64,000 nucleotides of DNA from Vermamoeba vermiformis (lineage: Eukaryota). The DNA is taken from positions 1 to 64,000 of the forward strand of contig JBEWZL010000193.1 of assembly GCA_045837725.1 (NCBI GenBank), read 5' to 3'. How positions within the stretch are numbered: the stretch's first letter is position 1; each line of letters begins with the position of its first letter. The position numbers were made by a program, and so were the translations under genes. This document shows, in pieces, positions 1 through 12,325 of this stretch. Below the pieces are notes generated by a model. It saw nothing but the letters and a program-made list of their open reading frames with translations, had not been told where the DNA came from and made no database searches.

Positions 1-1716
1 GCGTAAAACTCCTGTCGGTTTTCAATTTAAACCTACAGTTTTTTAAAGACCAAAGTCCGTCTGTCTGGCGGTTTTCAGAAAATACGCCGGCGCGGACCTC
101 AAACCGACATGAACCGCCGCTTTATATACCACAGAAGGCATGCAGAATAACGTTATTGTGCGGGTCATAGGCATATTCCGCCTTTCTTATAAATTATTAT
201 TATTTCTCACCTTTTTGTTGGATTAAACAACGTCAGCGTCATGATCTGTCCCACTGTAAACGAATCTGGTGATGCTATGGTACGTCATTAATTTTAAAAT
301 ATTACCTGAATTTTATTGCTGTTTTCTGCTTTCGTGATCGCGTTTGAAATTTTCCCAACATTTGATCTGATCTCGTTCCGTTTAACAGCGAACCAAAAGT
401 TCCTGATTTCTCCAAGCTGTTTTACAAAGTGCTTGAGAAAAAATTACGGACAATTGCTGAGAAAGACAACACCCTCGAAAGATGACTCGGCTGGATCGCC
501 AAAGCAAGGGATCGACGATATACGTCTCATTACGGAGCTCACAAGAACGCAAGACATTTGTACTGTGGTGCGTCTTCCTCTTCTTAATTATTAGTGCTCG
601 ATATCGCTAGCAAAGAGGTTCAGTAAGTTTGAAAACCGTATTCACTTCATTTGACTTACTATGTCGTATAGAGCCTCATATCATCACCAAGAGCATCAAC
701 GATAAGTAAGTAAATTTTGCAGACTGGGTTTGAGCTCAAAGATATCGCTCTACTTTTATCGAAATCAGATCTTAACACGTGCGCACTTTTGGAAAATACA
801 GCACAAGAAGAGACAATATCAGCCGAATAAGTGTACTAATTTTGTGTATCAAAGCGAAACTGAATACAGTCTTTATGATGCTCCTGGGCGAAGTACTGCC
901 AAAGAATACCCCGTGCCACATGATGACGAAGTACAAACAGTATCTCGCAATCCATTTGCGACCCGGACAGAGAATAAAGGTACGAAAAAAATTATATAAT
1001 GCTGGTTTATACTAAAGTGATATCTCAGGATATATCGAGGTACCAGAAGTGCACTTGTTGACAAATTTCGACAACTCGGAATGAAGATCTTTAACGTCAA
1101 AGTTTCCAAATAGAGTATTATTATGTTAATGTTATCAGTCATCGAAGATCGACACATAGCTATTCATCTAAGAATAGACTTGATCGCCCTCAAATAAGAT
1201 AATTTTGCCTGATCTGTCCACAACGATCCGAAAAGCATTCCCACCTTATTGAAGATGACATCAGCTCTTGTTGGAATCTATTAGCTACACTGAGGAGGAA
1301 TTAATCACAAAAATGATTGGTACTGGGCGACAAAACAAAATAGTACCAGTGGTGCAACAATCTTGATCCGGATTCGATCGCGGCCAGGAAAAACGAGGCT
1401 AGAGAATGACCAAACGTAAGTTAATTAGCCTGTGCTAATAATAAACTGGCAGAGATACGCAAGGAGTGTTCGTTTGAAATACCTGACGCTGATCTGCAGC
1501 GATTCTTGGTAGATTCGTTTTTGTAACAATAAATTTATTTTATTTTACCGCTACTACTTTGTGGCTCAATTCCATGGCCCCAGAGCTTCGATAAGCGAAC
1601 AAAACCGACACCAACCGACGGAATTAAAACCGACGGAAGAAAACCGGCAGACAGACGGATTGTAGGTCTTCAAAAAAACTGTCGGTTTAAATTGAAAACC
1701 GACAGGAGTTTTACGC
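1..1716. mobile_element. Segment bounded by ~76-bp imperfect inverted repeats (1-76 vs 1639-1716); probable non-autonomous DNA transposon, left end cut by the window edge
   Basis: The reverse complement of 1-76 (gcgtaaaactcctgtcggttttcaatttaaacc...) matches 1639-1716 (...ggtttaaattgaaaaccgacaggagttttacgc). Repeated AAACCGAC-like subterminal motifs lie at 1601-1705. The interior has only broken ORFs and no recognisable transposase. Confidence 0.65.
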
Positions 1717-1863
1717 CTCCCATCGCACGTGATACCCAGTTGATATCGCAATAAATCGGTTTTATTTTATACAAGGCCATATTGAGTTAAACACTTTACA
1801 TATTACATGGGCAGATCCAGCGATTTTCCAGATCTTAGGTCAAAATTCATTCGTCGAAGAGTT

Positions 1864-4244
1864 CTACTTTTCGACAGTAGTAGTTGACTTACGTTCGCTA
1901 CCGGGAGTTTTTGGGGTGCTTCCAGCCGCCGGGGCAGGTGTAGTTCGTACTCGATCTAACAACTTGGAGCTGGGCGAGGCCGTCTTAGTGCTTGATCCCT
2001 TTCTATCAGAAGTTCGTTGTGGCGAGATATCTTTCCTTGAAGAGGGCAATGACTCGGAGCTCTCCGAAGGTCGACTTCGTTGCGAATCTGATCTCGAGGA
2101 CTCTTCTTCGACGCTCCAAGTAGACGCGTCAAAGCTGTATTCGTCCTTCATACTAGCATTATTTCTCGGTGAGCTCAGGGGCGATGTTGATGCATCATAT
2201 CCTGCGTCACTGCTAGCTCGCGGTGTTTCCAGCGTGGAGGATCTATTCCTCGGATCAAAAGGAATACCCAGCGGCTTGTCCAAGTCGTCAATGTTTCGTA
2301 TATTAAACCTCTCGTTGACTAATTTCTTCTGCACTTGTCGCACGTGTCGTGTTTTGCGTTGTCTGTACGCCAAACTCTTCGCTAATTTAAGCTTGAACTG
2401 CCGCAGTAATTTCTCTTTTTCTTCAATCTTTTGTTGCATGATTTTAATCTCTTTTCTCAATCGTGTATTCTCGTCGTCTAATTTTGCTTTAATCGCGCGT
2501 GCTTGAGATATTTCTTTTTCTGTGAGGCAAAACATTGCTTAGTTCGAACCACTTTCGAATATCATTTTAAAGGCTTACCGTTGCCGCTACTACTGTCTTC
2601 AAGGGCTGCAAACCGAGGACTTGTTGGCTGTTTAATTTTTTTTTCAGGACTTCGAGGACTCAACGGCTGACTAGAAGGTCCGTCTTTTCGACCTCGTCTG
2701 TACAAGCGGATGTCGTCAGTGGCTGCCATTATAGTCATAACTGAATCATTAGACTTACTCGGTAACAGTAGGCGACCTTGACCTCGATAGGGGGCTGGAG
2801 TCCTGTACATACGGTAGTTCATCGAAGAGTGGCTTGCCGTCAACCAAGTCGGACAGCATCTGCTCTGAAATGGCAACCAGATCTTGGAAGATTTTAATTT
2901 CCGAGGCGTTCTTCTTTGTAACGCGGTACTCTAGCATAGTGTGTCTATATTGGTGGATAAAGTTGTGAATTGTTTGGAATGATTTCTTTGCAACATCTGG
3001 CTCGATCTTAACCGACATCTCGGAGATCGTCGGAGTGTCCGAAACGCTCTAAAAATAACGAACGAATTAATTTAATCTCTTAGCGGCAACGGTTGCGTGA
3101 CTCCAACATAATTACTAAATAAGGAAATATTTAACAGTTAAAAATAATCCTTACCGCTAAGCCATAAGTAAATTGCCTCAGCTTTTCGGCATAATAGACA
3201 ATGAAGTCGTTGAATTTAAATAAGATATTTGAACTGTCTAGCGGTGTTCCAGCAGCAACACTTTGCATTAATTTTGATAACAAAATTGCCGTTCTGCTCA
3301 CATCCGACGTGTTTTCTATAGATTTGTTAGCCTTTGCATCATCCAGCAATCGAAAGGTGAAATTAGGTACCTTTAGGGCTGTCCAAGAGCTGAGGAGTCA
3401 AAATTGGGGGAATGTAAAGCTTTGAAAACAAGATCATGCCTGCAACGACCATCCCTTTGTCAGGGAACTTCTTGTTGACTTGCTTGACCATGTACTTCAA
3501 TACTCTACTTAAATTTCTACACGACAGTCAACATATAATTCGTGAATAAGAGTCGGGTTCACTTACACAGGGAATTGTCCAGCGGATTCGATAATTCCAT
3601 CCAAGGTCTCTCGCGCCAGTTTCGTTAATTTTTCTACATTTTCTGCAATTACTTGAGGGTCTTTCTCGAACCGTGAGTCAATCTAATCCAATCTTTAGTT
3701 TTGGGATGCTCGCGATCCGATCGTAAATTTACCTCTAGGTTCTTTGTCTGCTTTTTCAGTTTGTTGAGGAGAACATTCTTGACATATAGTCGACCAGAGT
3801 GTATAAAATAATCCGATAGAATTTGAACTGAGAGTGATTTTCCTCTGAATACTTCTTGCCAGGCATCTGGTGGTTGATCGAACGTTAATTATTGCAAATT
3901 AAATTTAAAATTATCTACTTGCAATATTATATCAGAGTAATTATTTACCTGCTCCTTTAATGTCATTTCGAATACACCACCGCAAAACCGGCAAGATCTT
4001 CTGGTTGTCCTCTAAATAAACCACAAGAGCCTTAGATAACGTTGGAATTTCTTCTGTTGTTTTTAGTGCTCGTGACAGTGAAGCGACAATGGGCATCGCT
4101 GATGAAATTAGGATCTAAAATTCAAAATTAATATTTTGTGTACAGATTTGTATTCAATCGTCACGCCGATAATTATATTCGCTGTATTGCTCGTCTAACA
4201 TGTACCTGATGGAATTTAGACGCACTATCACCTGGTTCGTCCAT
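1864..4244 (-). CDS. RasGAP-domain protein with C-terminal coiled coil and Ser-rich tail (multi-exon)
   Basis: Spliced translation gives VFRGKSLSVQILSDY (arginine-finger segment, cf. NF1 LFRGNSLASKI), IIESAGQFP, AGMILFSKLYIPPILTP and RTAILLSKLMQSVA. ATG is at 4244; stop is shared with ORF 1864..2535. Confidence 0.75.
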
Positions 4245-4511
4245 ATTAATTAATTGAGCAGTAGCCGTTTCGGATGTAGCCGTTGTCAATCGTCAACAAA
4301 ATTCGAACTGACAATTTCAATTAATTTTGAATCATCAAAATGAGCTATATGTGGTTATTATGAATGTCCAACTCGTGAAAAGGTGCAGGCGGGAATTAAT
4401 CTCGTGCTTTGGCTTCATCCACGTGATTTTTCCTGATTTGGACATGTTGTTTTTAGATACGATAAAATTTATTTTGTACGTTGCCCAAAAAAGCATAATT
4501 AGAATCCAATT

Positions 4512-5657
4512 CTACTCCTTGTGGGTAATGAATTGCACGTACATATCAACAATTTCCTGTTTGTTCAAGCTTTGGACCACATCCCAGTGATCTCCGTAAG
4601 GCTTGTGATCGTATTCGACGTGTACACCTGGATACATAAGCTTCAATGCATCGCACAACTCTTCGCTTTGCTTTGGGTTCACCCACGTATCTTGTGGCGA
4701 GTGTACGATTAAAAATCGAATCTTTTGTACTGGCTTGTCGGATTCACCCGTGGTGGCTGTCTCGTTATACTGTAGAGGATATAGTACGTCATATTGGTTT
4801 TCGTGGATACTAATAGCATCTTCTAATGCGTTTTGGTCGAGAATTAATCGTGTTGGTGAGCCATCAAGCATTATTGATATTTGTTTCGAGCTTGCAAATT
4901 GGAGCACTCTATCCTTGCCAAATACAGGCTCGAACATTTCAACAAAGCTAGGGAAGTCTTTGTAATATGTAATCATGTCATACAAGCCTTGCAGACCAAT
5001 TACTGCTCGCACATGATTGCGGATGTGTCTCAGGTTTATAATGACAGCTCCGATAGACATATGAGCTCCTGCCGAGTGACCCATGAGCACTATATTGCTT
5101 GTATCGAATCTTCGCACTAATTGAGCATTGTTGTTCGCCACTGTGGCTCCACAGCTTGTCAAAAATTCGATGGCTCTTATTACATCTGCAATATTTCGTC
5201 ATTTCCTAATTCAATAGTAAAAGTATCATACCATATAGTTGGTCGGGATATCTAAACTTAGGTTTTGGTGTTTGAGTCAATCTGTAATTTATAACAGCCA
5301 CACAGCATTGCCCAGTAGCGGCAAAATTCTCTCCTATGAATCTATGTGCTATAAAGTTATTAGAAATATTTAATATTTTAACATTATCATTTAATTCGCC
5401 ACTAACTCTCTCGATTATAACGCAACGTCAATAACAAAAATCATAATCCGGCCAAAAAATCTGAAAAAAATCAAATACTACTTACAACTCTTGTCTCTGT
5501 CGACCCAACCACCTCCGTGAATATAAATAATTAACGGTAAATATCCTGTTTCGTGTGCAGGCTGGAACAGATCTAACTTCAATCGTTCTGAATGAATTAA
5601 ACTTGAATACGAAACATCGTACAGGTATTCTACAGCGTGCTTATGTGATGAGTTCAT
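4512..5657 (-). CDS. Alpha/beta hydrolase, kynurenine formamidase/HSL-like esterase
   Basis: LDLFQP...LIIYIHGGGW oxyanion motif in exon 1, GHSAG nucleophile elbow, HSPQDTWV (Asp) and GDHW (His). Confidence 0.85.
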
Positions 5658-5784
5658 GTTGGTTAATCAATCAAAAGTCCAACACGTGGCGAAGTATTGC
5701 GTGACTCAAACGGAATAAAAAGTTGTGCGCGAGGCTAAATGTCAGTACTTAACACTCACAGCAATATAACAGACGGTCGCCAAG

Positions 5785-6550
5785 ATGGAGCACAGCAGTA
5801 AGTTAAAATTAGCGAAGATAATCAATATTTTAACTTGGCTGACAGATCCGAGTCAAACTCTTCCGCCAATGTATTATTCAGTTTACAACAAAAAGGACTA
5901 ATTCCAGTCTTCAAATATTCGATGAAATCGTTCTCTTTCAGTCATTGGCGGAGGTGTCAAAAGAGTTTTATAAGTTGATCGGAGAAATATTGGCTGAAGA
6001 AAGCCGCGAAAAAGCGCCAAAATTTATTACAAAATTACTACAAGTAGAAAGGAACAAAATTGGTCTTGTTGGGATATTACACAGGTACAGACAATGGTAT
6101 TATTTAAATATTTAAAATAACCATTTACTAGACTCAAAGAGGCCGTCTTTGATCGAAAATTGCCACTTCTCCTAGTGGATTATACCAAAAAATATTTTCG
6201 TTGTCCGATCTGCACCAAAGAGCAAAAAATCGAGTTTGAAGACACATCGGATTGCAAGTTTTCCTGTCCCGAGTGCAATACCAAATACGGCGAGGTCATT
6301 GAATGGCAAGATAACGGAAGCAACGAAGATACAAAGAGATGCGCGTGCAAGCGATTAACGACGCGATACGGTTTCGATTTTTGCGAAGGTTGTAGTGCGG
6401 AGTGCTGTCCGGAGTGTTGTGGCCGAAGTAAGTCTACTTATACCAAGGGGAATAATGCATCTATGAACGCAGCTACATATTGCAGTTATTAACGAGTCTA
6501 CAGAGATGAGGGGCTTAATGATGTGTGGTAACTGTGTGCCCAAAGTATGA
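5785..6550 (+). CDS. Small Cys-rich (multiple CxxC) zinc-binding protein with possible N-terminal F-box-like motif
   Basis: CPIC, CPEC, CEGC and CPECC in ORF 6160..6492. Splicing the gtaagt donor at 6428 to the ttgcag acceptor at 6485 adds INESTEMRGLMMCGNCVPKV*. N-terminal LPPILQIFDEIV..LAEVSKEFYKLI is F-box-like. Confidence 0.5.
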
Positions 6551-6704
6551 AAAACGTAGAATGGTCCTATTCATCAGCGAGAAGAGATGAACAGTATCTC
6601 ATATGATAGATTTAATGGTTTCATCCTGATCTGAAGACATATCTTATTCGTGACACGCTTCAAGTTAGAGCGACGAATTAGCAGGCTGCTTTTTGGCGCT
6701 TTGA

Positions 6705-9700
6705 TCTACGACTACATTCACAAATGTTGCTTCAGCGGATACGTGCATAGATAACTATGGCGGACAATATAGCAGTGCTATTTCATATCCACTGTACCGT
6801 GGTAGTCGCATTCCGTTGGTGAAATTCGACTTGACTGGCGTGCCTGCTGATGCCTATGTTTTGAGCGCTCAATTGAACATAACCTTCCTAGATTATGGGA
6901 CGGATTGGGGGTAATTAATCTATCGGAGTAAATCCATAATGATACTAACGTAATATTATAGCGGTCCTCTATCACTCAAAGTATTTGATTTTGTCGTTCA
7001 AGACGTTTGGACTGAATTTACCGAGGACGCAACATGGGCTTCTTCCGGAATAACTACCTGGGGTACGATAGATGCATCTCTAGCTCTTCCAATGCTAATG
7101 TACCATATTTACAGCGGTTCCGGGCTTGCAGGATGCAGTAGACAAGAGCGTAAACCTCAACAAAAAATTTTTGTTGAACCTGTTTGAAGGCCATAATTGG
7201 ACTACTGTTGAAGTGCGCGAGAGCGTGCAAAGTAAGTAATCCGTTGTAGTTGACCGGTACAAGGTATTAACCAGTCTTTACCCGACAGAGAGTGTTGAGA
7301 CCGGCCGCAACTGGGCTGGATTCACGGTCACGTCACCTCTATACAACGGCAACATATTCTCACGTGAAAGCGCTTCACCACCCACTCTGACTATCACTTG
7401 GGCGCAAGGTGTGCCTCGTGCCTCATTGCGTAAGTATTGGATCATTACTTTGAAGAATCTAAACTGAATCTCACCAAACAACAGCCACGATTATCGTCAA
7501 GTCCAGCGACGAATGGAGTGCTGGCGGCACCGTCTCAATTCCGAGCAGCGACAGCGTCATCCCTCTAGGCACCACTCCTGTCTACACTTGGACCCTCGTT
7601 GATGCACCTCCTGGCTCATCCCACACCGAAGGTCAGTAACACTGCTGCACCGCTTGCAGTACTAACAACCGTCTCTTTCAGGCCAGTCTATCGGTAGTGA
7701 TGCGAGTCTCAGTTTCTCTGCAGACGTTGCTGGCTTCTATCACGTGAGACTTCGCATTGCCAAGAGCGACGACTCGAATGCGTTCACTGAAGCAGACAGC
7801 TACCTGCAGTTCGGCATCAAGACTGAACGACCTCGGTACTGTTACATGATACTAATTATTTACGCTCGCTTGCAACTAATATGGATGTTTTAGAGTGCAC
7901 ATCTCGAAAGAATATGCCTTGAACTCCATTAAGAACGCTAACTTGACTGATTTCCCGTAAGTGCACCCGAACTGGTACTTTATAACTTGTGGTTAACGAA
8001 TATTACTTGCAGGTGGTTCAACCTTGTGAACTTGGCTCAGAACAACGGCTACTGGAGCTTTGCCTATCAAGACGTGTACACATACTTCTTGTTGTGGCAA
8101 GCAACTGGCGACACAACCTGGTGCCAAAAGGCCTGGGACAACTCGATCAAGCCTATCATGTTTGTCAATGGCGATCCTAATCAAGGATATCAGAAGCTCA
8201 TTGACAAATACAACGGTGATTCCCACGCCGCTGCATTTATCGGCGGTCAGTTCCTTGGCAATTTCCCCGTCGCTCTCGACTGGGGCTTTGACTGCTTAGA
8301 TACCTCCCAAAAGAACTATATTGTCGAGTGGGTGCATCAAGAGACCGAGTACATGGTGAGCAACGGCTTCTTTGAAACTTACTTGCGCAATGATGGTACG
8401 CTCCGCAACGGCATTGTGACAAAGCAGGGCTATACTAATGACTTGCCATAGGTGTCATTGTGCTTTCTTCAATTGGCAGAGCATTTAGCGCACTTTACGG
8501 CTATGATTCAAACGCAGCTCGCTTTGCTGAGTTGTACGTTCAGGGATGGCAAAAACGTACGTCTCGTTTACAGCGACGCAATTATACTCAATATTAACAC
8601 GTTTATCTCGCAGTCAAACGTGCCTGGGGCAGAACAGGCAAAGGTGGTAGTTCGGGCGAAGGCAACGGGTATGGTCATTCGACCGCTAACTACCTGATCA
8701 TGGGTGCTCACGCAGTGTAAGATTTATTCAAACATGCGCTGTAAACTGTACTTACCGTAGTATCGCTCAGTTGGACTGCTACTGGTGAAGATGTCTTCGA
8801 AGACCTCGACTTCTTCAGACAAAAACTGATGTATGACGCCTTCGCTGTTTGGCCCAGAACATTCGGCAATCCTACTGATGTAAGATTTTTTTGGTACATT
8901 CAACAGCCGGGCAATACTGACTTTATTATTAACAGCCCTATGGCACTCAACCCTACGGCTATCCACTGTGGGAGATGTCAGGCATTGGAGGCGATGGTCG
9001 TCGCAGCATCGGTTGGGTCACGATCGCCATTAGACCTGTCGGCCAAGCACTGTTGACGCGTTACAAAGACACTGAAGAAGGTCGCGCATTTGCATATCTT
9101 GTGCGCCCTGTGCCTCAAGAGTGGGACATGCACGAGATTATCTACCCTGTCCAACGTGACCCCAACCCTCAACCGCCCACCAAGCTGTCGCACATTGCTG
9201 AAGGCATGGGATACGTGTACATCCGATCTGATTGGACCAAAGATGCCACGTGGTTTGCTTTCTGGGCTGGTCCTCACGTAGACTTGCACCAACATCTCGA
9301 TCAAGGCGCGTTCAACATTTACAAGCGCAGAGACTTGGCCATCAAGTCAGGCAGTTATGATGCTGGGTCAGCAACTACTGACCACAGTGTCGCGTATTAC
9401 ACCCGCACAATCTCAGCTAACGGCATTTTGATCATTGATCCTGAAGAGCAGTTCATGTACGTACATAGTGTTTGATGTCGCCAAAAACTGCTGAGAGATC
9501 TAACCAAATTGACAGGCATTTCATTGGAGGTCGTGGCTGCATGTCAAATGGTGCATTTAACGCAGCCTTTCGATTGAATAATGACTATTGTGCGCCCAAT
9601 GACGGTGGTCAACGCACGTGCTCACCATTGCCCATGTCAGTGGAGTCTGTTGAGGATTGGGAAAACAACAATTACATTTACGACACTGCCAAGATCACCA

Positions 9701-10608
9701 GCTTCTACGACAATGACGGTGTTGTTAGCATTGCCTCGGATCTGACCAATGCGTACAACAACCCTCAATACACGACCACTTGGAACAAGCCGAAAGTCAC
9801 TCAAGTGCTCCGCAAGACACTTTACATCCGTGAACTGGACATCTTCTTGGTCGGTGACGTCGTCACAGCCACCAACAGCACCTTCAGAAAGAAAACTCTG
9901 TTGCACGCCTTGCAAACCATCCAGCTTGATACTGACGCCAACACTGTGACTGAAAACGAGCGCAAGGGCATCGATCGCTACAGAAACGTCAAGTCCGGCA
10001 AAATTATTATGGATGACAGCGAGCCTAGCAATCCCGATCAAATCACTTACGATCTGCGTTGGGGAAATTCTACGCTCTTGTTCGAGACTGTGTTCCCATC
10101 AAAGTTCTCGTACAGACTTGTAGGAGGCAGAACTCCATCTGAAGGCAGTTACGCGGACTTTTGGGTCGACGATTACTCACAAGATTATTGGGGTAGCGTT
10201 CAAAAACGCACTTCGGTCAACTACCCCGTGGGCTATGCCATCGAGACTGCTTGGGCCTATTTTGCCCCGACTTATGTTGGCGGCTATGGTCGCTACAGAT
10301 TGGAAGTGGAGTCTGAGACACTTGATGCCACAGACTACTTCTTGAACATCTACAGGCCAAGCATTGACGGCATCAACAACAACATCCCTGCCTACACCAA
10401 GTTAGAGGACGACGAGTACTTTGGCGTGGTGTTCAATGTGAACGGCAAACAATACAAGGCTAAGTTCCCTAAGAACGGCGATGCTCCATTCGTCGGTGAT
10501 GCGCCCCCTAGCAATCCTGTCGCCGTCCCTGGCAAACCTGTCATCAGTGCTGCTAGCACCCTCTTTGCTGGCTCTTTGCTTGGATTGGCAGTGTTGTTGG
10601 CTATGTAA
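6705..10608 (+). CDS. Modular polysaccharide lyase-like protein: DNRLRE/CBM96-like + PKD-like + heparinase II/III-like catalytic region + GPI-like C-terminal signal; 5' start unresolved
   Basis: DNRLRE-type motifs LVKFDLTGVPADAYVLSAQL and FSRESASPPTLTITW. PKD-like YTWTLVDAP..SFSADVAGFYHVRL. Heparinase II-like GYVYIRSDW, GPHVDLHQHLDQGAFNIYK..LAIKSGSY, YYTRTISAN.ILIIDPEE and NDGGQR. Hydrophobic end SAASTLFAGSLLGLAVLLAM*. Many GT-AG introns. Confidence 0.8.
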
Positions 10609-10662
10609 TAAAAAAGCGCGTACTTTGCATTCACATGTTTATTCCGGTCGTGTCACTGCAAA

Positions 10663-11655
10663 TTAATGTTTCTCGGGCATACGGAACGGAGGCCAATACT
10701 TGCCGTCAATGTCAGTGAACTTGTATTCTTTGGCCAAGTTTCCCACCGCAAACGCCTTGCCGCTCTTTTGCATGATGTTCTCGTCAGACGCCAGAGCTAC
10801 TACTGCTCGGCCAATGTAATGGGGAGATTCTGCAAATTGCGATGGATCTGGCAGACCTTCTTCATGAAACTTGGCCACGCGTTCAGTGAACACGAATCCT
10901 GGATGCAAGCACAACGAAGCGACGCCGTATTCTTTCAAGTCATACGCTTGTGCAATGGCCAATCGATCCAACGACAGCTTCGCGACATCATACATTGCCA
11001 TGCCAACATATTTACCACCTGGCACTGCATACGGCGATTGATACTTGTCATCAGCAGTGTCCTTATTCGGGTCAAAGTACTGCATTTCTTTGCCTTCATA
11101 ATCTCCGAACGAGACGTGCACGATGAGTCCTTTGCGCGCAGGTGTCATGAGCGGTGCTGCGTGCTTGCTGGTGAGGAACTGCGCGAACAGACCCGAGCGA
11201 AACATGCTGTCGAACATCGAGGCCGGGGTCTGCCAGAACGGTGCTTGAAAGAGGTCTGGCTTGTAGTTCTCGTAGCCACCCCAGACCACATTGACAAGCA
11301 GATCTAGCCGACCTTGTTGTTCTCGTTTGACGCGCTCGAACAGCTTGGCGACTTGCTCTTCTTGCGTGTGATCGCATTGCACTGGAATGCCGTGGCCTCC
11401 AAGTCGCGTCACATCCGCTGCGGTCTCGTCGATCGTGCCCTTGGTCTGATCTGAACTGAGTTTGCCGAGCACGCTGCGACCAGTGACGTAGACTGTAGCA
11501 CCAGCCTGGCCTAGTTCTAGCGCTATGCCACGACCGATGCCTTTACTGCCTCCTGCCACTACAGCAACTAATTTGGCTGAAAGATATCAGTCGGATGTAG
11601 CATTAATATTTAAACAGACCGATTGTAATCACGAACCTAATGATTTAGTAGTCAT
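10663..11655 (-). CDS. Short-chain dehydrogenase/reductase, DHRS1-like
   Basis: AGGSKGIGRG Rossmann motif, GRLDLLVN, YDVAK (YxxxK), ESPHYIGRAVVALASD typical of the DHRS1 subfamily. Confidence 0.9.
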
Positions 11656-12325
11656 TGAGGTGTGGTCTAATGCTTTGGAGTTGGTTAATCAATGATTTTT
11701 TGCGACAGTAAAATCCCGTGCAGAAAAATATCGAACATTTCGTCAAGGATATTCCAACGCGTCAAATGTCAGGTGAGCTCAGTACGTATATGATATTGAT
11801 AATGATGCTTCAATAGCTTGACGCTACTATCAAGTATTTCGAGCTCATTTCAAGTTTAATTTGGCGTCTGCTCAAGTTATGACCCCTTTACTCAGCATCA
11901 CCACTGCTTGAATATAATAAAATTACGTACATTCGAATACAAATGGCCAGACGTCACGTTTCTTGAGCAAGGCCAACAGCGCAATCCAGCAGCGACGGCC
12001 AAAAACAATGGCACAATACAACCGAGTATTAATTTAAATAATAGATAATATTCGAGTAATATTTTGTACGCACGAATTGCTTGATTTAGCGATTTAAGCG
12101 CTAACATCCACGAGGAGTCAATCAGATCAGCTGCTAGGTTGAAGCAGGAAGTCATAAATGGCCTTTCTCTGGGCACCATAATCATTGTTTTTGTTGTATT
12201 ATATAACATTAATGATACAGAATGCCAGCATTAGATACTTAGCGTTGAATAAAATTGACCGTCAAGTCCTGAAACACGTTGTCAGGCATTTGTCTATTGT
12301 CTTATCAATAAGAAGCACTAGATCA

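Noticed and set aside
1595..1705. Short repeated AAACCGAC motifs as a CRISPR array
   Set aside because: Repeats are under 12 bp and irregularly spaced, the context is eukaryotic and there are no cas genes; better explained as subterminal repeats.
1916..2506. Long antisense ORFs (also 10666..11307, 35120..35581, 56485..57117)
   Set aside because: They are shadows of well-supported genes on the opposite strand and show no motifs of their own.
6481..6550. Possible stop-codon readthrough or recoding after YCSY* in the Cys-rich gene
   Set aside because: The downstream CGNC segment is in another frame and is reached by a normal GT-AG intron (6428-6485).
11760..12250. Possible small spliced gene between the SDR and SPP genes
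   Set aside because: Splice-like sites exist, but I found no consistent frame or recognisable product.
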